A DNA stretch of 64,000 nt from Octopus sinensis (taxonomy: Eukaryota), in contig NC_043020.1 in assembly GCF_006345805.1 (NCBI RefSeq), positions 2,108,001-2,172,000 on the forward strand. The letters run 5' to 3'. The notes under the pieces are model-generated. The model had not been told where the DNA came from, did not search any database, and worked only from the letters and a program-made list of their open reading frames with translations. Both the position numbers and the translations under genes were made by a program. Within the stretch, counting starts at the first letter, position 1, and each line of letters opens with the position of its first letter. Below are positions 54,208 to 64,000 of the stretch, in pieces.

Positions 54208-54490
54208 CATATATATATATGTATACATATATACATAATACATATATATATACATACATTATATATATATATATATGATACTATATATATATATATATAT
54301 ATATAGTATATATATATATATATATATATATGAATACATAATATCAATATATGTTGTGTACGGACACAAAACATACACCTGCACAAACATATATAAATAT
54401 AATGCGCATATCTCTTGTGATATCCTCACTTCTTAGTCGTATGATAAAGGATACCTACATTATTATCATTATCATCATTATTGCTATTGT

Positions 54491-54522
<32 letters not shown>

Positions 54523-54563
54523 CTACTACTACTACTACTACTACTAATGCTACTACTATTGTT

Positions 54564-54755
54564 AAGCTGGCAGAATCGTTAGCACGTTGAGCGAAGTGCT
54601 CAGCGGTATTTCGTCTGCAGCTATGTTCTGAGTTCAAATTCCGCTGAGGTCGATTTTTCCATTCATCCTTTCGGGGTTCATGAAATAAGTACCAATGTAA
54701 TCGATTAGCCCCCTCTCCCCAAATTTCAACCTTGTGCCTTTACTAGAAAGGATTA
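54564..54755 (+). mobile_element. SINE family B, single monomer
   Basis: aagctggcagaatcgttagcacg...gagttcaaattccgctgaggtcg. Confidence 0.75.
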
Positions 54756-54759
54756 GTAT

Positions 54760-55143
54760 GATTATTATTATTTATTGCCTTAGTGCAGCTTCTAACAGTG
54801 ATGTACTACAGTGTCAGCTGTTCACTACCAGTGAACTAAGGTAACACCTCTTACTTTTGGAACATCATCCAGAGTATTCGAGCGGTTTCAAGCAGTGCAA
54901 GTGCTCCACCCTTATTGCAGCCCCTATTTGTTCCATGTACTTCTCAAAATTTTTGTTCACAGTTCCCAGGGCTCCGACAATTATTGGTATAACTACCACC
55001 TTTTTCATCGACCAGAACTGCTTAACTTCCCAAGCTAACCTGTCATATCTATCGACTTTCCTTTCGTTCTTATCGAATATTTTGTCAGCTGGGCATGCTA
55101 TATCGATGATCCAGCACCGCTTGCTTTCTTTCTCAATTAACAT
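54760..55143 (-). mobile_element. R4/Dong-type non-LTR element 3' end (restriction-like endonuclease C-terminus)
   Basis: KESKRCWIIDIACPADKIFDKNERKVDRYDRLAWEVKQFWSMKKVVVIPIIVGALG is the typical RLE tail (IID..CP...K..KY..L...W.......PI.VGALG); the 3'UTR ends in (AAT)n. Confidence 0.85.
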
Positions 55144-55478
55144 TATGTTTGGCTTCCTATTTCTATCTCTATATATGACAACCGGTGTTGATGTGATTAC
55201 GTCCCCGTAACTTGGCGGCTCCGCGAAAGAGACGGATAGAATAAATACCAGGCTTAAAAGAAAAAATTAATTATTGGGGTCGATTTATTCGACAAAATAG
55301 TTTTCAATGCGGTGCCCCTGAATGGCCGCAGTCTAATAACTGAAAACAAGTACAATGTAAAAGATATGTATATATATGTACGCGTATATGAATATATATA
55401 TATATAAACATACATGCACCCACACACACACACAAGCACACACACACACAAGCACACACACACACACGCATATATACA

Positions 55479-55547
<69 letters not shown>

Positions 55548-55653
55548 ATATATATATATATATATACAGAGAGGTAGACAGACATTATATTATCAGTCGA
55601 GATGATGGCAAGATACAATACTTAACAGACACTTTCATATATTTTATACATAC

Positions 55654-55689
<36 letters not shown>

Positions 55690-55695
<6 letters not shown>

Positions 55696-55860
55696 AATAT
55701 TATTTGAGACAAAACCACTATTTTGCCAAACAAACAAGGAAAGACTTAATCAATACATAAATTTAATAAATAGTCAAACTATTTTTAAAATTTATGTATT
55801 GATTAAGTCTTTCCTTGTTTGTTTTGCAAAATAGTGGTTTTGTCTCGAATAATTTTATAA
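55690..55860. mobile_element. Foldback element (about 80-bp arms, 5-nt loop) next to (TA)n
   Basis: ttataaaatattatttgagacaaaaccactattttgc...aaatag-tcaaa-ctattt...gcaaaatagtggttttgtctcgaataattttataa. Confidence 0.85.
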
Positions 55861-56061
55861 TATTTTACTATAAATCGATTTAATCCTCTAAAATCTGATT
55901 TTTTTTCCCTGTAAATTGGATTTATTCCCTAATATTTATTATTATTATAATATATATAATATATATATATATATATATAGGTATGTTATTTTTATACATA
56001 CATATATATATATATATCATTTTATACATACATATTATTTATCTATATATATATACTATAT

Positions 56062-56095
<34 letters not shown>

Positions 56096-56654
56096 CGTAA
56101 ATGCATATATATATTATATATGTGTGTTGTATGTGTCAGTGTGAGAGTGTGTGTGTGTGTGTATGCATTATTTGTTGCCTAAGCCTGAATCCGTATCAAT
56201 ATACATGTGATCATTTATTTATTATTTGTCTTTGTAAAAAAAAGTCAAGAACATCAAAGCTGATTTGTTGAAAGCAAAATGAAGCTGTACGACGGAAGAG
56301 TCTAAAAGTTTTACGAAACAAAAAAACAACAGATCGGCTATGGAGTCTATCCACTTCGACGTCTCGCCGTTTACGACCTCAGGACTTAGACATACAACAA
56401 ACGTGTATTTTTTAGTTTAATGGCAGAATCTTCTATTATGTCTTATGCATTATCGGGTTTATGTTATCTTTCGAACATTTATTATTTATGTAATGATTCT
56501 TTGCAGTACAAATATTTATTTATTCTATTTCAAAAAGAGTACCTTTTGCTAAAGTGAGTAAAACGAGGAACGTAATATATTGGTACTCTCGTTATATCTC
56601 TGAAATATTTATCCTTACACTACATATGTACATGATAACAAACAAACAAACAAA

Positions 56655-57181
56655 CAAACATACATACATACATACAACCTACATACATACTACAATACAT
56701 ACATAACATACATACATACATACGTACGTCGTACATACATACATACATACATAAATACATACATACCCTACATACATACATACATACATGCATACATACA
56801 TACATGCATACATACATACATACATACATACATGCATACATACATACATAGATACGTACATACATACATGCATGCATGCATGCATACATACATACATACA
56901 CATACATACATACATACATACATGCATACATACATACATGTATGCATGCATACATACATACATACGTACATACATACATACATACATCCTACATACACAC
57001 ACACATACATACATACATACATACATACATACCCACACATACATACATACATACGTAACATACATACATACATACATACACATACATACATACACACACC
57101 ATACATACATACATACTACATACATACATACATACATATACATACATACACACACACATACATACATACTACATACATACA

Positions 57182-57215
<34 letters not shown>

Positions 57216-57225
57216 CATACATATA
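56655..57225. repeat. (CATA)n microsatellite
   Basis: About 570 bp of imperfect CATA units. Confidence 0.95.
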
Positions 57226-57320
57226 TATGCACACTCTATATCAAATCGACGTTGTCTAATAGGTGCACGGTGAACTACGCGTCAGGTACCGAAATGATAG
57301 CATATATGTATATATATATA

Positions 57321-57378
<58 letters not shown>

Positions 57379-57540
57379 CATATTGGTGTTTGTTAATAAT
57401 AATATGATAATTAGACTAATCAACTGAAAGTAAGCATTTGCTCCTTAGTTTATTTACATACAGAAAGTCTTCGAATTTTCCAAAGAAATGGATCTAAATG
57501 AAGTGACATAAAATGAACTACATTATATATAATAAACTGA

Positions 57541-57770
57541 AATAAAGTCGACTATCTACGTATCTACCATTTAAGAATTGTCCAGACAAACGACTAACAT
57601 ATAGGCAAAGTAAACTCTCCACTGCAAAATAATAAATAATAATACAAAATAATAAAATAATAATAAAATAATAATACAAAATAATAAAGTCGACTATCTA
57701 CGTATTTTCCATTTAAGAATTGTTCAGACAAATGACTAACATATAGGCAAACTCTCCACTGCAAAATAAT
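57541..57770 (+). repeat. Direct duplication of about 90 bp, period 142 bp
   Basis: aataaagtcgactatctacgtat...ctctccactgcaaaataat at 57541 and 57683. Confidence 0.85.
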
Positions 57771-58170
57771 ACCAACTCATCTCCAAGCTAATAAACTTCT
57801 CAAGTCAAAGTTACATAAGTATAAGTTGGGAGAAACAGTCGAAGATCCGAGCTGGCGGCCATCTTTTTGAAGGTTCGCTAAACACTTGGCGAGCAACTAA
57901 AGGTGAACTTTCCTTTTTACTCTCGAAGAATATTTGCTTCGTTCAATCTGCTGGATAAATACATTTGACATAAGAGCATTTACTAAAAGATTGGTGCAAT
58001 TGTTACAAAACCAAAGCCATTTAGGCTATGCTTCACACAGTAACATCTATCTATCTATAATATATATATATATTATTATATAATATATATATATATACAC
58101 ACACAACACCGAGGAAGAGAAAGAGAAAAGAGGGAGAGTGGATAGTAGACGGAAACTGAAACCAACCGCC

Positions 58171-58277
<107 letters not shown>

Positions 58278-58334
58278 CATACATACATACTTACATACAT
58301 ACATACATACTACATACATACATACATATATGCG

Positions 58335-58380
<46 letters not shown>

Positions 58381-58406
58381 GGATAGATAGATAGATAGAT
58401 AGATAG

Positions 58407-58445
<39 letters not shown>

Positions 58446-58474
58446 GTAGATAGATAGGTAGATAGATGGATAGG

Positions 58475-58560
<86 letters not shown>

Positions 58561-59472
58561 TGTGTCTTTATATTTGTGTTTGTCCACCCCACCATCGCTT
58601 CACAACCGATGTTGGTATGATTATGTCCCAGTAGCATAGCAGATCGGCAAAAGATACCGATAAAATAAGTACTAGGCTTGCAAAGAATAAGTCCTGGGAT
58701 CGCTTGTTTTGAATATAAACCTTTTAAGGCACTACTCCAGCATGGCCGCAGTCAAATGACTGAAATGTGTGAAATAATAAAAGAATATAAATGTGTATAG
58801 TAGTAGGTGCATTAGTAGCAGCAGCAGCAGCAACAGAAACTGCTGTAGTAGTAGTAGTAGTAGTAGTAGTATAGTTAGTAGTAGTAGTAGTAGTAGTAGG
58901 TAGTAGTAGTAGTAGTAGTAGTATTTAAAATCACGAAGACAGAAAGCTTCTTAGAATGCGAAAAGAGAAAGTTAAGTAACCTTTATATTTTTCAAACACA
59001 AATAACCATCGTCAGAAGTGAACGGTTTAATGCAAGTAATTCTCTTCCTGTAAGCGTGTGTGTGTGTGTACATACACGAAAATCAAAAACAAATAAAAGC
59101 AGGAAAGAGAGATGCGTGTTCACGGGATGCAGAGAAAAACACATTTGATTGCAAATATCTCTTCGTATAATGGAAAGAGTGTAGAGTAGCAGAAAATTGG
59201 GGCCATTACAAAATGTTTAAATTCCGCAACATGCAAAAGGCGAATACATCTAAAGAAAATGTAATAAACGTACTTGCACAAAACTTATAATGTATCTATC
59301 TATCTAGCTAACTAGTTACACATATATATATGTGTGTGCGTGTGTATGTGTGGTAGGGGGTGCATAGAAGGTTGATAAGTAACACACGAGTTGATATGTA
59401 TCAGGAAAATACGACAAGGTAGAAAAGGCTAAAATAATTTTATCATGAAGAACATTTTAGTACCGGTTTCAG

Positions 59473-59503
<31 letters not shown>

Positions 59504-59673
59504 GACAATTATTGTGGCTACCGAATAACTGTCACATATACTTACAGATAAATTCCTCTATTTACGTGATATCGAGGTCTCTTTCATTCTTTTGTTGTCT
59601 TACCTTTTTCTATTAATATATATATAAGAGACCAAAGTTTACGTACGCCGATATATATATATATATATATATA

Positions 59674-59995
59674 TGGCTCAGCGGTTAGAGCGTCGAGCTT
59701 ACGATCGTGAGGTTGTGAGCTCGAATCCCGGACCGGGCTGCGTGTTGTGTTCTTGAGCAAGGCACTTTATTTCACGTTGCTCCAGTTCACTCAACTGTAG
59801 AAATGAGTTGCGACGTCACTGGTGCCAAGCTGTATCGACCATTGTCTTTCCCTTGGATAACACTGGTGGCGTGGAGAGGGGAGGCTGGTTTGCATGGGCG
59901 ACTGCTGGTCTTCCATAAACAACCTTGCCCGGACTTGTGTCTAGGAGGGTAACTTTCTAGGTGCAATCCCATGGTCATTCATGACCGAAGGGGAT
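59674..59995 (+). mobile_element. tRNA-derived SINE, family D
   Basis: tggctcagcggttagagcgtcgagcttacgatcgtgaggttgtgagctcgaatcccgg head, then gtgttcttgagcaaggcactttatttcacgttgctccag. Confidence 0.8.
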
Positions 59996-60033
<38 letters not shown>

Positions 60034-60971
60034 CCACGAAAAAAGTAACACCAATAGATCAGTAATTCGGTACAATTGTTTCATACTGAGAACATTTTTA
60101 GTTGAAGCTGCAAATATTACAGCAAATATAATGTCCAGTATTCATCAGCCAAATCCATTGTTGTTACTTTTTTCTTGGCTATAATCACCCCATATATTTT
60201 TATGGTTAATACCATAAAGAATTCTGGTGCATCTAAGTTAAGTACCATATTCACTGGAATTCATTTGAATTCATTTGAATCTTTGCTGAAATTATATATA
60301 TATATATATAATACGAACTGGGACAAGAACGCAAAGCATTCAGACAGGTGGTACAAGAAAGGGACAACAAAACATCCAAATAGACGATACAAAGAAAATA
60401 AAGACTGGTTATTTGGAGTTTTTTTCATCAGTCGAGTTCCAGATTATCTTTGCCATTTCGGCTGGTTATACTCGAGATTGCTCCAATCTGGCCAGCCCCA
60501 AGAAAAAAGTAAGCTAAGAACATTAGATTCGGTGGAAGAAAGCAGCAAATTTATACGAAAACAGGACGGAAATAAACGGAGAATGTTACACAAATACAAA
60601 TAACAGGACATAACAACAGATGTCTTTCGACTAAGGACGAATTAAATAAGGCTGGCGTGTGTGGAAGTAAAGCCTTACGGCAGAGGGAAGAATATGGATT
60701 TTGTACGGACAACACACGTACACATGCGACTATATGTATTTGTGTGTGTTTGTGTGTGTGTGTGTGTGTGTGCGCGAGTACAGTAATAGCTCACTTTAAA
60801 CGTATTATGGGTTTACAAGCTTTTACGAGTTTTATTTTCTGTTTACGAGTTTTCGATTCACAAGCGTTCGCCGAGGTCGAACTGACTCTTATATCGAGGC
60901 ATTACTCTGTGTGTATATATACATATATATACACACACACACATATATATTTCATATGTACATGCGTATAT

Positions 60972-61007
<36 letters not shown>

Positions 61008-61620
61008 ATTATATATATATAATACATACATATAACGTATACCATATATATGTGTTTATTTATATATGTACATACTGTATGTTATATGTTATAAATCATA
61101 TTTTATGTATGTGGGTGTATGCGTGTGTATGCGTGTGTGTGTGTGTGTGTGGTGTACATCTGCTTTAGAATCAGTTATCTCATATCTAACAGTTTGATAA
61201 CGATCTCTATGTATTGTGATTTATTTCTGTGTGTGTATGTGTGTATATGTATGTGTGTGTATGTGTGTGTGCATATGTGTGTGTGATTAACACTGTGTGT
61301 CATATTAAGGAATATATTATCAACAGTCATACAAAACATTTCTCATTCAACAAATAAAACATCTCGTTTGCACCGTGAGGCAACTGCGTATGTTTCTCTG
61401 TGTGCATGTGCGTGTGGTTGCGTGTACGCATATGTGTTTGTGTATGTGTATGTATATGTGATCGTCTGCTGTATGTGTATATATGTATATATGTGTATAC
61501 AAATGCTTGTATATAATTATAAGATATATATATATATATATATATATAAGAAAGTTGGTTATATTGATTTACACATATACATGCATATATATAACGCACA
61601 CGCATCCTCATTAACTCACT

Positions 61621-61686
<66 letters not shown>

Positions 61687-61996
61687 CACGTATACACTGT
61701 GAGGGGGAGTTTAACGGGTGTATAATACTACATATCATACACACATATTTTTACAACTGAACATACGCACAATCACTAAGGTGATGCTCACACCTATGTA
61801 TAGATAGACAGATAGACAGATAGATAGATAGATAGATAATAGATTATATAATATATATGTATCAATAAACATATATACATATATATATAGATTCATATAC
61901 ATATGTCTGTATGTATGTGTGCATGTATGTATGTACATACGTATGTTTGTGTACAGACATATCTATGATCTTCACGTATGTACGTATGGTATATTC

Positions 61997-62123
<127 letters not shown>

Positions 62124-62779
62124 ATATATATATAATTTATATATATATATTATATATTTTATATACATACATATACACATACACCCTACACATATGTAGA
62201 TTATATAAATGTACGTGTAATACTAGCGTATATATATATATATATATATATCAGGTTCGTGTGTGTATGTATGTGTTTAGAGAGAGGGGGAGAGAGGGAG
62301 AGAGAGGAAGAGATAGGTTGAGGTGGAAATAAACGCAAGAGAGCGACTTCTCTGAAGATTATACGGTTCAGTGAAGAAAAGAACCGGCTAAAGATGGTGA
62401 GTTGCGATATGACACACACATAAATAATGTCTCCGCTTTGAAACAAGACTTTGATATAGAGAGAATCGCAGATAAATAATTACATCACAGTTAGTTTATT
62501 GCCATATCATTAGATTATGTGCTGTAACTGCCATCTGATGGTGGGTCCTTGGTTCGGGGGTTCATGGGTTTTGGAAAGTGTGGAAAAAAAACCTCTCAGC
62601 TACTATTATTGCCAGGCCGACTCTGACTCGGTGTAGTAACACATGTCATCGTGTCCTCCAACGGTTAATTACCATATTTTGGAATTCCCTCCTGGAAAAT
62701 GCCCCCCATAAACATACTAACAAACCCCGGCTTCTTTATCTCTTAGGCTTTTTTATCTCTGCTCGTCTAAAATAAAGCA

Positions 62780-64000
62780 AATCCCCAGAAGCCCTCCTTC
62801 CTGATAACTGCTGGACCCCGGACACTTGTTGCATCAGATAAGACATTGATATGATAGAACCAAAAATAGAGTTTATAATATTGAGGTTGTAAGTGATTAC
62901 AGGAATGGCCTCAATTTTTTTAAGGCATTCAGCTTGGTTTTTTAAAAGGCTCTTACTTTTCGGTAGCACTCCTTCCATACCTTTTCTTTCACTAGTGAGT
63001 GTTTGATCCCATCTCTTTCACATAGTCCTAGATACTTATTATTGCCCTAAGGTCGTAATTCTTTTGTCTCTATCTTGAGTTATGCTGCATGTGTTTCGTT
63101 GTTTTTCCTTGGTGAATGTAGCCTTGATGCATTTCTCAAGCCCAAGTTCCATTATCATGTCATCAGTAAATTGTTTGACTGTGTGTAGAAGTGTGGGAGA
63201 GAAAATGGAGGAGACCGTACAGAAATGCATTCATATAATACAACAAAAAACATGTTTTTAAGGATGTAAGCAGTACCTATCAACACAATCTTTTGAAATA
63301 TGACTTTCCTGTGTTGCCTAGATATTTCTGACATCCCATTTTTATCATACCAAAGACACCTAAAATAATAGAAACAGTTTTTGCTTTAAGATGCCACATC
63401 TTTTGCATTTCAGATCTGATCTCCGTGTGTTTACTAAGTTTATCAAATTCCTTTACAGATATATTTTCATCAGTGAGAACACTTACATCTATCAATCTAC
63501 AAATATTTTCTTCCCTGTTTGGTCGATTAACCTGGATTGTTCAGTCAGTATTGACCTGAAAATTCCAAAGAATGCTAACAGTTTTACCTTAAACCACTGG
63601 CTCAGGATGGTGTTCATACCAGTTAGCAGGAATGTCGATTTGACAGTGCTTACATATGTTTCAAAGTAAATACTGTCCAACCCTATTGCAGCGATTTTTA
63701 TACTCGTATGCTGTTAGTACAGAGCTGCCTGAAAGAAGATGGCCTACTGTTTCATCAGATGTGTTGTAGAATCTACATTTTGGGTCAGCACCGCATATAA
63801 GAACATTAGCTTGGTGATTTCTGGTAAACAAGCTTCGGTCTTGTGCTGCCAGTATGAAGCAGCGTAAAGAACGGCTTAGCCCCGGTAAACAAGCGACAAG
63901 GCGCGTGAAACAAGATCTTCATCCGCGTAAAACGATGCTGTGCGTATGGTGGGACTGGGAAGGGATTATCCATTACGAATTGCTTGAACGGAACCAAACG
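62780..64000 (-). mobile_element. Decayed R4/Dong-type non-LTR element fragments (RT and RLE), heavily disrupted
   Basis: FTDDMIMELGLEKC (RT motif like F..DI.MEFGL.KC), KIEAIPVITY, and IDVSVLTDENISVKEFDKLSKH...MWHLKAKTVSIILGVFG (RLE). The order implies at least two fragments. Confidence 0.75.

Overview
Eukaryotic, very AT-rich genomic DNA saturated with microsatellites ((TA)n, (CA)n, (TATG)n, (GATA)n, (TAA)n). The repeat landscape is most consistent with an octopod cephalopod; this is an inference from repeat style, not a database result. Almost all ORFs in the supplied track are translations of microsatellites. Only two intact protein-coding regions are supportable: a divergently oriented pair of single-coding-exon, Fem-1-like ankyrin-repeat paralogues (10629-11537 minus; 39319-40236 plus). 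By hand count they are about 50% identical over a gap-free 172-aa core. Each is preceded by a clean 3' splice site, and each is only about half the length of canonical FEM-1. The rest is a transposon graveyard: at least four tRNA-derived SINE families (one forming head-plus-tandem-body arrays), Tc1/mariner relics, RTE and R4/Dong-type LINE fragments, and a piggyBac-like MITE. A set of short (TA)n-flanked elements, several of them long foldback hairpins, carry minimal type-I hammerhead-ribozyme-like motifs of the kind known from Penelope-like element termini. There is one 100-N assembly gap (41684-41783). All coordinates and identities were counted by hand.
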